Below are positions 51,400-64,000 of a stretch of 64,000 bases of DNA, in pieces. Source of the DNA: Adineta vaga (taxonomy: Eukaryota > Animalia > Rotifera). Below the pieces are notes generated by a model, which ran no database searches, was not told the origin of the DNA, and saw only the letters and a program-made list of their open reading frames with translations. Numbering within the stretch: the first letter of the stretch is position 1; every line of letters begins with the position of its first letter. The position numbers were made by a program, and so were the translations under genes. Where the stretch lies: positions 12,524,001 through 12,588,000 of the forward strand of contig CP075493.1 of the NCBI GenBank assembly GCA_021613535.1. The letters run 5' to 3'.

Positions 51400-51977
51400 T
51401 TCCCAGAGGTAATGACTTTCTTTGATTATCTGAATGTTTCTGTAGAGAATTCGACAATGTCCGGAGTTCTTCACAATACAATAGTAGCATCAGTGCTAAA
51501 CCCATCGGAGGAGATGGTAAATATAAAAAATCACTATAAGCAAATGAATGTATTCGAGCAAATGTAGTTCCTAACGAAACATACGAAACAGTTGAGCGTT
51601 TGTAAATTTTTTCACACGACCAAGTTTCTCCTCGTTACATCACGATTGGCGGTTGAATGGAATTTAGACAAAGAATATAATCTTCGGAGACTTCACCAAT
51701 ATTACTGATCTCTTTGTCAGTAATGATGTCACTGATCAGAGTATTCAGACACCTATGACGTTTTACAGGATATGCGATTGGTACTTTACAAAAAAAAATA
51801 TGATTGATCTTGGATAATAATACAATAATTACTATTGGCAATACCACCCGATATGTGTCGATGTGAATCGTACGATTGACCTATATAATGGGATAGGATA
51901 ACACTTGCATCTTCTACATTCAAACATGTATAAGTGGGTCGTTCATAGAATGATTGTTGAATATCATCAGGGTTCAT
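51400..51977 (-). pseudogene. Phosphotransferase (APH/homoserine kinase type II-like) N-terminal remnant
   Basis: ISGGIANSNY followed by FF-K, later LGTTFARIHS; frameshifts and stops; no Brenner HxD motif seen. Confidence 0.5.
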
Positions 51978-52552
51978 GATGTTTATATTGTCTCAATGAT
52001 GCGACGTATGTAATACTCAGTACCTGAAGTAGTCGATGTTAGGAATTATCAATAATAGTAAATACCCGTGTGATTTTCAGAGTTGAGAGAAAAATACTTT
52101 TGCTCGTATGCTAGAAAAGAAATAATATTTATTTTTAAAATAAAGTGTGTTCTTGATTGAATTCTAGTCGAGAATACCTCAAATAATTAAGAACTGACGC
52201 TTTCGAACTGTACAGAAATGCTTACAAGACTCAAAGAACAATCGGAGAATACATGTAAGTTAGAAGGATGAACAATGAGAAACAAAGGACATACTATAAG
52301 AATGAACTGTGGATAGAGTATATTTATCAATGAAGTTCACAGCCCATATCCTATCTTTGTGGCTTCTGGTGCCTATAAGCACCATATATCGATATAAGTT
52401 CTTTCCCGCACTCTCAAGATGATAATGCTACTTTTTTATGTAAAATATTAGAACAATATGCATAAATTATTGATTTATTTCACGTGTCTTCTAAAAATAT
52501 TATCTAGTAACAGTACCCAAAAATGTTTTTGTACAATAATCAAAATTTAAAA

Positions 52553-53485
52553 TCAAGAAGGATTTGGTTCGGTTCCAATAATAATCGGTACTAATAATTC
52601 GAAATCTGTGATAACACCTTCGAATTGAACTTGAAATTTCAATATATAGTTTGTGTGTGCAGAGGTGACTTGGTTCAGACCACCATCAAATTGATACGAA
52701 GGAGGTAATGATGTAGCAGGAATCATCAAAGTAAACGGTTGATTTATTCGTGGGTCTTGTCGACGCATCATTTCCGGTATTGTACTACGAACGATAACAT
52801 GTTCACCAGAAGCACCGCCCATGCGAAAATTTCTAATCAATGTAACAACAATTTGTTTAATAATAGCTTGTTTAGGATTATCAATATCGATGGTACCTTG
52901 AATCGTTTCACCTGCGATATAGCCAAGTTTATTTAGATTTCCTTTGAGTGAGAAATCTTTTTGATTCTGAGAACTAAATACAGTTGGTTTCGAAGAATTC
53001 GGTACTTGAGCTAGATTGACACGTGGAAAAACAGTAATATATCGATTTTCTCGTGTATTTGCTTTATACCAGGCTCTATCAACATACATTTGTACATAAT
53101 AACGAACATGTGGATATGTTTGTGGCTGATTCATTGTTGGTGGAAGATTAGTAGGCAATTGTATTTGAAATGGAAATGAATGTTGACCTTTACCAAACGT
53201 TAAATCTTCTTGTCCATTTTCTGGACGAACAAGAACATGGTTCGATGAAATAATTGGTATATCATTATGTATTGTTTGAGTAGTTGTTTGACCGTTAATA
53301 ACAACAGTTTTTTGTGATGTATAACCGACTTCACCAAAACACTTCAAAACAAGTTCATCAACATTTACAGTTTCATCATTGACATTGTAGTTAACAACTC
53401 CAGAAACAACTTCACCACCATAAAAGAATGCATTTTGTCGATCAAGATTAATCTCAACCGATGAACTAGAGGAACCACAACCCAT
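52553..53485 (-). CDS. Alpha-arrestin (arrestin N + C domains), intronless, MGCGSS N-terminus
   Basis: FFYGGEVVSG, GQHSFPFQIQLPTNLPPT, VRYYV, GYIAGETI, VPIIIGT. Confidence 0.88.
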   Translation of the reverse strand: MGCGSSSSSVEINLDRQNAFFYGGEVVSGVVNYNVNDETVNVDELVLKCFGEVGYTSQKTVVINGQTTTQTIHNDIPIISSNHVLVRPENGQEDLTFGKGQHSFPFQIQLPTNLPPTMNQPQTYPHVRYYVQMYVDRAWYKANTRENRYITVFPRVNLAQVPNSSKPTVFSSQNQKDFSLKGNLNKLGYIAGETIQGTIDIDNPKQAIIKQIVVTLIRNFRMGGASGEHVIVRSTIPEMMRRQDPRINQPFTLMIPATSLPPSYQFDGGLNQVTSAHTNYILKFQVQFEGVITDFELLVPIIIGTEPNPS

Positions 53486-54351
53486 ATTCCAAAATGGAAT
53501 CTACTTTAGAAACAAAACCAGTATATATAGAGCAAAAAGAAAAACGGATGAAGTAGCAACCGTTAAATAAAATTTCAATTGTTTTCACAATGCAAATAGT
53601 TTCTCGTTTCTTTTTCTTTTTTTGTTTACTCAAGTCAATTGACGTCAGAGTAAGAGAATCAGCAAACAGAGAGGGAGAGAGAGAAGAAAAGAAACAACAT
53701 TTACGTTGCGTTGGCGTACAGAAGAAAAATTTCATGTATACTGTAGTTTTTGTTTTTCACTTATGGACTATGAATTTATTCAATACTCACTCCCACACTA
53801 TCAATAATTAAAAAAGTTCTTTGTCCATAGTCTGATAAGAAAAACTCGGAATTTTTTAATCCAGCTTACATACATTCTCGTCAGGTGTAACTATGCACTT
53901 GATTTGGTTGAAGTTTGCTTACACATACAAACAAATAAAATATTCTTTTGTGTTTTAGACTACAGAGAGAGAGAGAAAGCTTATATGATCAATTACTCTA
54001 CTTGTGTCGTTATACGTTTGATATGCTCTTATAATCTGGAAAACATCTATATTGACAATATATGATAAAGATCAGATAACATGAAATACTTTTTGAAGAA
54101 TCGTAAATTTCATTCAAAGACAAATATAGAACTTTATCACTAATAAATTGGTTGATTCATTTGATGCCGTAAAAAAATATTTAGACGGGTAACGTTTACA
54201 AAGTTTCACATGTGTTTTTTCTTTGCTAAGAAGTGGATACAATGAAAACATATACATTCTAATGCAATGCGTATAAAAATAGGCCCCTTATAATAAAAAT
54301 CGAATGAAATTTTTTATTCATGATAATACAACTGTCTCGTCAATTTGAATT

Positions 54352-55052
54352 ATGACTAACGAAAATTTGATTTGTCGTATTCCAGTGCTCGCTGCTGATG
54401 GACATGTTTATGAACATGAGGCAATCGTATGATGGATCAATGAGAATGGAACAAGTCCATTAACAAGAGAACCTATTGAACGTAGAATAGAATACACTCC
54501 ATCCGTATCCTATTCAATATCTGCAGATTCAGTAACACTTTCAGACATTCAAGCGTCTGAAGAAACAAGAGAATCTTCACTGTTTTCAAAAGCAAAATCA
54601 TCGGTACAAACAGCACAAGTACACCATCTTTTATGCAAGTTGCTGTCTTGCTCAATATGCCCAAATCCTAAAAATTTGACTACACGTACTTTTCATATCC
54701 GTATACAACTATAACAACTATTACATTTATATTTAAAAATGCATTTTTCACAGCTTGGTTTCTTGATGACATATCAATTGTAAAGAAGACAACAGGCACA
54801 TTGGATGCTTTTCACATATGTGATTCGCAATCTTTAAATTCGACTTATACAGTCAATCAGCGCTTGCCTCACTCAGGTGCGTTCTCATGTATGACTGCAG
54901 GATGGACCTCTTCTCATTACATATCGCAAACAATTAATACTCGCATAGACCAATCATACAATATCAGATTTTGGCTTCAGAATGATGGCTGGATTGGTTT
55001 TGGTAGTGGAGTAACAGTAACTGTAATTATGAGTGGGACCTCTTACAACTGA
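54352..55052 (+). pseudogene. U-box-containing gene remnant
   Basis: MTNENLICRI-PVLAADGHVYEHEAIV*WINENGTSPLTREPI: U-box with a short deletion and a TGA stop. Downstream beta-rich fragment at 54801-55052. Confidence 0.7.
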
Positions 55053-55230
55053 GTGTTAGTCTACACGATTACCGCATCTATGTTGCTTTTTTTCAGAACA
55101 CTCTGATCTTAAAGAATCACCAATGAGACTATATAAGAGAGAGAAAAAGAAAATGTTTTATTAATTAAAGCAAACGCTTAGTAGAAGTTTTACGAAGGCA
55201 ACTATAAGTTTCTTATTGAATTTAAATTGA

Positions 55231-58200
55231 TTATGTTTGTTTTGACATATAATCATCAAGCCATGCACTAGTATCTCGTCCAACAGTATTCATCCATCGA
55301 ATATTTGCTTTGATCTTTTCAATAGATGAATGGAAAGATCGTTCGGCTGTCGATAAATCAGCTGTAGTGGCCATAAATCGTTGAACTATATCCAAATCTT
55401 CTTGTGTATTCATATATTCCAAAACATTTTCAACAATATCCGACAGAGTAAAACTTACACTACCAAATTTATTCACAAGTTCCTTCCATTGTTGACTGAC
55501 AAAACGCCAAGCAAGTTTTTGTCCATTAGGTTGAAGACGAATATTACTAATAAATCTTGATGCATCTTGAAGACGAATATAATCATTAGCTATTGTTGTA
55601 TTGAGCAATTGTTCGAGAAGAGTAATATTTGATGTACATGTAAGTGCATAACCATAACGATTCTTTTCAACTTGATCATTGCTTTCTTTATATAATTCTC
55701 TCATATGTTCATAATCAGCAACTGTTCCATATTTAATTCCTTGACAATAAGTCACAGTTCGAATATCAGGAACAATCGGATAAGCTGTTGAATTGGAACG
55801 CCAATTACGATATTGTTTTACAATATCGCTAATACATACATTATAACCATTAGCACAAAGATCTCCAATGACCATAGCACGTAATCGACGTGTAAAATAA
55901 TCTAATGATTGTAAATCTGCATCTGCGGAGAAAATCGATGCATTATATTGTTTTTCTTCAAGTTTTTGAATGAATTTTTGCATATTCTGATAACTAGTAT
56001 TTCCTTGATTTTGACTTAACATAACTAATGGATAATAAATATTGATTGAAAAAGTATAGTATGGTACATAATCAATTTCATTCATAAGATAAGTTGAGAG
56101 ATTTAATGCAACTGTTACATTTAGATCTGCTGATCGAGCTAAATTGAATGCATCATCGATCAATTGTGCACGTGTTACACTAGTAAAAGATGTACGATTA
56201 TTTTTCAATTCTTTAATAATCGAATGCCAATTATCATTATCATAATTAACACGATAGAATCCAAATTCATCTACATTAAATACAATAAAATCGTTACGTG
56301 ATGCAACATTAGACAAAGTACGAGTTTGATTTGGAGAAAGCCATTGAACAGATGAGATACCTGATACAGTCATATAATTGAATGGAATATACCATTGAAA
56401 TGAATTGATATTAGTTGAAGTTTGACTTAATTCGAAAGGATCGAGAAAATATCGTTTCTGTGAAAGTGAAATAGAATTATCGGTGTTATTACGTGTAACA
56501 GTAAGGAGAGGATATCCTTCTTGAAGAGTCCAAGTATCCATGATCATTTTAACAGTATAATTATTAAGTGCAGATGCATTGACAACACCATTAAGGAAGG
56601 TCCATAATTGATCTTGAATAGCATTACCATATTGAAAATGATTCAAATAATTGCTGATGCCCTGAAAGAACGTTGATTGACTGAGAACAGTATAGATCAT
56701 TCGAAGAATAGATGCACCCTTATTATCTGAAGAACAGAGAAAAATGACATAGAAGAAGATATTTATCGAAGAATATTACATGAAATAGCATCGAATATTG
56801 AATTGATTTCATCTGGATGCGTAACTTCGATGCTAATTGGATGCGTAGAAAAGAGACTATCCAAGACCAAAGCTGGATGAACAGTTTCTATTAGAAGTAA
56901 AGGAAATAATAATCAATATTCCTGCGTTTTTTTTTCTTGAATACTTACCACTGACAAATGTATCAAAGGATTGAAATTCTGGATTTGAATGATTCAGACC
57001 AAGTACTTCCACCCACGAAGCAAAACCTTCATTTAACCTTGATAAAGAAATGAATTTTTTCTTAAATCAGTAACTATTCTCTATTTACCAAAGATCATTC
57101 CACCATACAGGTGAAACAATATCTCCAAACCATTGATGTGCTAATTCATGTGCGACAACTTCACCAACCCGTCGTTTATCTGTTAGAGTACCAGTGATAT
57201 TGCTGTAGAGTAAAGCCGTCTCACGATATGTAATTAAACCCCAATTTTCCATGCCACCTAGAGAAGATATAAACATTCAATGATTGATCATGGCATACCA
57301 TACGAATGATACTTACCAATAGGAAAATCAGGTATAGCAAACTGATCACATTTACTTAAGGGATATGAAATATTGTAAGATTCTTCGTAGTATGGAATTA
57401 CTTTCAAACTAACGTCACGAGCAAAGTCACCGTTACCTCTACCTATTGCTTCGGGTCGTCCACAAATATTAACTGTAATATTGTTTGCAGTTACACCAGT
57501 AGCACATTCAAAATCAGTAAGAACAAATGCAACAAGATATGTTGACATTGGTGGTGTTTCTTCAAAACGCGTTAGTAAACGACCATTGGCTGTCGGAACA
57601 GGTTGACTTGCGCCAAGCATCGCACCATTGGATCGAACCATAGTAAAACTCGAATGATGTGTAATGGAAATGTTAAATTTAGCTTTAAAACCTGGTTCAT
57701 CAAAACATGGAAATGCCGTACGTGCTAATGTTGGCTAAAAGAAAGAAAGAAACAAATTAGAGATATATGTAAAAAAAACAAGGGTATTTTATAGACTTGC
57801 CTGCATGTGAGTAGAAGCAATATTATGTACGATAGTTTCATTTGTACTTGTATTTGTCGTTTTATATTGACTTAAATAGAATCCAGCCATATCACGACTC
57901 AATTCAGTTGAGTAAGAAGCCTCAAACTGATAATCTTCACTAACCATACATCGTTCACGTAGACGGCAGAGAAGTATTTCCGATGCTGATATCCATGTCC
58001 AATCAATGATAAGATTGTTCAATGTATTCAAACGTTTCAATGTCACAACAGATATTTGTAATTGTTTTGTATGAATTCGAAATTCATTTGTTGATTGATT
58101 ACAACGAACAATAATACGTGTATAACCCGTCAAACGTGTGTCAGGTTCAGCATTATTTGAATAGATTGTTTGAAGACGTACATCAAAATTAAGATCATAT

Positions 58201-61200
58201 TGAGATGGAATCCAATTGAATGGAAGACGAATAGTATTTGTTCGATTGTTAAACCATTCGATTAGATTAGGTTTTGCATTGTCAATCCATTGAATATTAC
58301 TACGAATACGTTCAATTGTCGATTGAAATCGGACCATATTCTACATAAATCAATGAATATATTTCATAAAATTGATGATATACTTACAGTATCAGTCATT
58401 TGTTCAAAGAATTGTTCAAATTCACTTAATTGTTGTCTAGTATTGAATCTTGCAGTTGCATCTTTAATAAGATCAACAAAACTAAGTGATCCACCGAATT
58501 GATCAAATAATTGTTGCCATCGAGAACGTACAAATGTCCAACATTCCGTTTCAGCAATAAGATTTCGACAAATAGCTCGTACTCCAGAAAGAGCATCCTG
58601 TGGTCGAATGATATTTAATTGTGAATTGATGTGAATTTCGAGTAAATATCGAATCAATTCTGTATCACGTGTACAAGCTAATGCTGATTGTATTCGTGCT
58701 TTTTCTTGTGGATCATTCGATTGTTGATATTGATTAAGAAGATACTGAAATTCAATTCGACTACCACGACGAACAACAGTACAATAAACAACCGAACGAT
58801 AGTTTGCTTCAATAGAATTATTCAATGGTTGATTAAACCATTCATCAAATAATGATCGAGCACGTTGAATACAATCATCAACATTTTGTCGACATGCCAT
58901 CGATATGATTAGATCACGGTGAAGTCCATCAAGCCATTTTTCAGTTGTATTTGTTGATTGTTGCCAACCAAGTTTTGTGTAAATTGGTGAAATTAAATCG
59001 ATAACATACGATTGAAATTGTTCATATAGAGTAATATCTGAACTTTTCGATGCTATCATTTGTTCAATATAAGAAAGACCAGCAATAATACGTTCCCAAA
59101 CAATATATGCATCTTCAGAATGAACATAACTAATTAGATTGAATACGAGTGATGTTTCTAGAATATCTATGGAAGAGAAAAAAAAGTGAAAATATAGAAT
59201 ATCGAGAAAACGATTTCATTGTATATTACTCGCGCGTGCTAAGTTGAATGCATCATCGATAAGACCTGCTCGTTCTATGACAGTGAAACTTTTATAATTC
59301 GATTTCAATTGTTCACTAATCATCTTCCAATTTTGCCGATCATAATTCGTACGAAAGAATCCCAATAGATTTGGATTTGCTAAAAGCCATTGATTTGATT
59401 GTGCATTGATATTTAACGACACATTGCTTTTAGGTTGATTAAACCAGATAAGATCTGATGTCAATGCTGATGAAGATTTGAATTGTAATGGAATATACCA
59501 AAGATATTTATAAGGCGATGGAGCTGGTTGTGCTTCCGAATCGAATAGGAACTGACGTTGAGTTATTGTTACTATTCCAGTAGAATAGTCACGTGTAACT
59601 TCAATATATGGATAACCCATTTGATTTGTCCATGTATTCATAATGGTATCAAGTGTTGTATTATTTGGTAATTGAATATTATCTGTAGACATTTGTTCAC
59701 CTAAGGCTTGCCAAAGATCAGTCTGTGTTGCAGTTGAATATAAATGACGTTGAAGATATCGTGTAACTCCTTTGTTAAATGTTGCAGTAGACATGAAATT
59801 ACTCATCATTCGAAGTAATGATGATCCTTTCGAGTAAGTGATCGTATCAAAAATACTTGTTAATTCTTCGTTACGTATTAGTTTCATATTAACTGGATGT
59901 GAAAATGATATTGCATCATCTTGCATAACAGCAAGCCATCGTTGAGCAATGAATTGTTCATATAAATCCCATTCTGGATGAATTTTATCTGTTCCAACAA
60001 ATTCCATCCATTTAGCAAAACCTTCATTGAGCCATAAATCATCCCACCATGCAGGTGAAACAAGATTACCAAACCATTGATGAGCAAGCTAAGTATAAGA
60101 AGAAACTCCATCGAATAATGAAAATATATCTCTTTAAGTTTTTTCTTCTTACTTCATGAGCAATCACTGCTGCTACACTTTGTTTATTCGATGATGACGA
60201 TGTTCGATTATTATAGAAAAGTCGTGTTTCACGATATAGAATACAGCCAAAATTTTCCATTGCACCTATAAAAACAAATAGAATAAGTAACAAAAGAATG
60301 TTCTCAATTATTTACCAGCATCGAAATCAGGTATAGCAATATGATCACATTTTGATAAGGGATAACCGATGTCATATTGTACTTCAAAATCTCGTATACT
60401 TTTTGTTGCTACTTCAAGTGCGTAAGTCAACGAATCTTTTTTCTCCGATTGAGCACATACACTTGTTGTAATATTTCCAAAACGTCCCGTATTATTTTGT
60501 GTTAGGCAATCAAAATCTGCAATGACTAATGCTAACAAATATGAACTCATTGGTACAGTATTTTGAAATTGTGTCAATACCCAACCGTTTGGTTGATTGT
60601 TACTACTTTCAATGGGCATATTACTCCAAACTCGATATTGTTGTTCATGTTCGACATTGACTGTAAAAGTTGCTTTTAACTTAGGTTCATCAAAACATGG
60701 TAGAGCTCGTCGTGCTGCAATAGGTTCCATTTGCGAAGCAACTAAATATCGTCGAACTTTATCTGCTGAACGTACATATGAACTGAGATAAAAACCATTC
60801 GTATCACTTCGTAGTTCACCTGTATATTTCAATGTTAAATTTATTTGTTCATTGACTTCAAGTAGTCGATTGAGTGTAATAGTGAAAAAGTCTAAATCTT
60901 CGTTGAATGCTGTTGAAATTACTGATATACCACCGGTAATTTCGATTGGTTCTTCTATTTTAATAAAACGTTTATGTAAAACAATACGATTAGTTCTACG
61001 TGTGACATTGAGTTGTATACGAACTCGTCCATCAAAACTTGAAGAACGAATGTTTTCATTAGTGATATTTAAATATGGTTTAACATAGAGATCATAATGA
61101 ATTGGAACAATATCCGAAGGTAAACGATTGTTGACAGTCACTGATTGATTATTTGAACGAAAGTAAGTTATAATCGAATCAAGATTTTTTGTATTCCATT

Positions 61201-64000
61201 CAACGTTTGCATGAATTCGATCAATCGACAATTGAAATTGACGATAAGCTGTACCTAAATAAAAACAAAATATACATATATGTTTAAAGATAAACAAATC
61301 ATCTTGATTATTTACCTTTATCAATAATTGAATTAGCAAACGATAAAAATTCGTCTCGTTGTCCATTTGTTACAAATCGAGTTGATAAAGCTTCAATAAT
61401 CTCTCCTAATTTATTATCTGCTTTGCCCCATTTTTGAAAAAGTTTTGGCCAATTCTCACGAACCCAATTCCAGGCAATTTGATTTGCTCGTGGCGAACGA
61501 GCTACATTGGCAATCGAACGCGATGAATCTTGATCACGAATAATTGAATGATTGCTTAAATGTTGATCAAGAAACCAAACAATCAATGATGGATTTTCTG
61601 TGCAAGCAAGACCTTCAAGAAGATTGATTGTTTCACCAGCAACCGATTCTTGTCCAAGACGAGACCATAAGAAATCGAATACAGATTGTGAACCTTCACG
61701 TACGACAGTACAATAAACAATTGAACGTAGATTAGCAGGAATTTGATTGAGAGTAGGATTTAAATACCAACGACGATATGCACTACGTGCATTTTCAATA
61801 CAATGGAGATGACGATAACGACAAACAGCTGATACAATATCTGGTTGTAATAATGCTTGTAGCCAATCTATTGATTGATCGACTGGCATCCAGCCGATTT
61901 TGTTATAAAGAGGAAGAAGAAGATCAAGAAAATAATTTTGTATATCAATAAAAATATTTTTATTAGCAAGTAATTCTTCTTGTTGATGCATTGCTAAAAG
62001 TGCTGCCGTCCATGGAACAAAATCCGTTTCTCGTTTCAAATATTGAATAAGTTCGTAACCATCGGTTGCGTTCATAAAACCTGCACGTGATATAGCAAAT
62101 GTATCATCGATCAGAGCACCACGATTAATATTTGGAATGCGTGTGTGATCTGTTTGAAGTTGATTAATAATAAGACGAAAATTTTGTGGATCATACTTCG
62201 CACGATAAATGCCCATATATTGTGGATTAGCTAAGATCCAATCGGTATTTCCTGTGTTAATATTCAATGTTCTAGATGTATCATTCAACCAGAAGAGTTC
62301 ACTTTCAGCCGATTTCTAAGTAAAGAATTGAAGAAGAAAAAAAAAGATATACAAGATCGTAATTGAATCTATTTACTGTATTCATAGTTTGATAAATATA
62401 TTTAAATGGAATCCACCATTTATCTTCTTTTGTTGTTGATGAAAGAATACTAAATGGTCGTTGATTAATAACCATACGAGCTCCATTTGTATCATAAATT
62501 CGATTAATTTCAACCATTGGATAACCTGCTTGCCGTATCCAACCATTCATAATTCGTTCAACATCGATAGTATTACCCGTAGCTTCGCTGAGAGATTTCC
62601 ATAAATCTTCTTGTGTTGCTGAACCATAACTATACGTTTTTAAATATGTTTGAATTCCACGTTGAAATATTTCTGCACCTAAAAACATTGACATCATCCG
62701 AATGACTGCTGCTCCTTTACTATAAGTAATGGAATCATACAATTGAAATATATCGGCTGGATTTGTTGATTGAATACTAATGGGCCGTGAAGTGGGCAAT
62801 GAATCAGCTTCTATAAATGCAAAGATTGTATCAACAATAAATTGTTCATCTTGTTTCCATGATGGTTCAAGAGAATCAGATGCTAATGTTTCCATATAAG
62901 TCGCAAATCCTTCCTTTAACCATCTATATATAAATCAACAAACATCAAATGAGCAATAACAATAAAATATCATTAAAACTTACAATTCACCCCACCAAGC
63001 GGGAGAAACTAGATTACCAAACCATTGATGAGCTATTTCATGATATATTAAGTTAGTAATACGTTGTTTTAATGATGCTGGAACTGTTTTTTCATCGAAA
63101 AATAATCCGATTTCCGTATAGATTAACAAACCTAGAACGACAAACAATTCCTCAGTAGATTCAATTGATATGAAAACAAGAGATAATATTTTACCATAGT
63201 TTTCCATCGCACCACCATCAAAATCAGGAACAGCAAAATGTTCGATTTTTGTCAATGGATAAGTAATATTAAAGTATTGATTGAAAAACTCTAAAGTTCT
63301 ACAAGTAACATCATCAGCATAGGCCAACTGTGGAAGAATATCAGCACGTCCACATACTCTCGATCTAATATTTGTCGAATTAATAAGACGATATGGTCGA
63401 CAAGCGAAATCAGATGTTGGTGCCATAATCATTGCTAAGATAAATGTCGACATTTTTAATGTTGGATTAAAATGTGAAACTGTTTGACCATTTTTTAATG
63501 TTTCAATACGTTCAATATCTCCATTGGACCATACACTATAGGAAGAATCGTGTCGAATACTAATCTGAAAAATAGCTTTCCGAGCTGGTTCATCAAAACA
63601 TGGAAGAACACTTCGTGCATAAGTGGGTTCCATCTGAGATGTCATAAAAGTACGCTCTTGTCCGTTGATATCAACATAATCACTGATGTAGAGGCCATGC
63701 AAATCACGAGTGATAACACCTTGATAGACAATACTGATTGTATAACTGTTCTCTATTTGAAAATTCGATGAAAAATTCATTATCATAAATTCATTGTAAT
63801 TATCATAGGTCGACGAATGAAATGTAGGTAGTGAATTCGATGATGAATTAACAATATGTATACTTGAATTATCAATAATTAAGTTTGTCATATGAAGAAA
63901 TATTTGATTTGTTGTCTTAACACACTTAAAAGTAAAGAAAAGTTCACCTACAATAGATAAAATTGTTAAGTAACTCTTCAGATCAAACTTTATATTTACC
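55231..64000 (-). CDS. Giant multi-exon gene with at least three tandem M1 (aminopeptidase N-like) modules; 5' end lies beyond the window
   Basis: Three sets of G[A/G]MEN, HE[I/L]AH, WLxEG, Y[S/N]KG and ERAP1_C-like helices. Module junctions lie inside open exons with no stop; all introns checked splice in frame. Confidence 0.85.

Noticed and set aside
55231-64000. Three separate tandem aminopeptidase genes
   Set aside because: No stop, intergenic spacer or new signal/anchor between modules; the junctions lie within open exons.
1-64000. Prokaryotic or contaminant origin; rRNA, tRNA or transposase genes
   Set aside because: Spliceosomal introns, GPCRs, EGF and arrestin genes are interleaved with the microbial-type genes at similar base composition. 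No structural RNA or transposase ORF was recognised by eye.

Overview
AT-rich, gene-dense eukaryotic DNA with short (~47-90 nt) GT-AG introns. The gene content (NHL, FG-GAP, F-box/LRR, ART-TPR and intronless GPCR families, plus many fungal- or bacterial-like genes and pseudogenes) is typical of a bdelloid rotifer (Adineta/Rotaria-like); this assignment is inferred from content only. Splicing the ORF fragments by hand gives three striking architectures. (1) 39049-41140: a type II membrane protein with cytosolic ankyrin + ADP-ribosyltransferase (ART) domains and an extracellular non-catalytic peptidoglycan-recognition (PGRP) domain, a candidate 'receptor ADP-ribosyltransferase'. (2) 19045-21171: an ART fused in frame to an ADP-ribosylglycohydrolase whose metal-binding acidic motifs are mutated. 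(3) 55231->64000: one gene encoding at least three tandem M1 aminopeptidases, each with intact catalytic motifs, in a single chain. Also present: a four-propeller NHL-EGF-TM receptor and a degraded paralog, a HipA/PI3K-like kinase, an ART-TPR gene, a fungal-type sugar porter, an MBL-fold hydrolase, a CREST/ceramidase, an arrestin, two GPCRs, F-box/LRR genes, two hAT-like MITEs and about nine pseudogenes. All family calls come from motif recognition; no database search was run.
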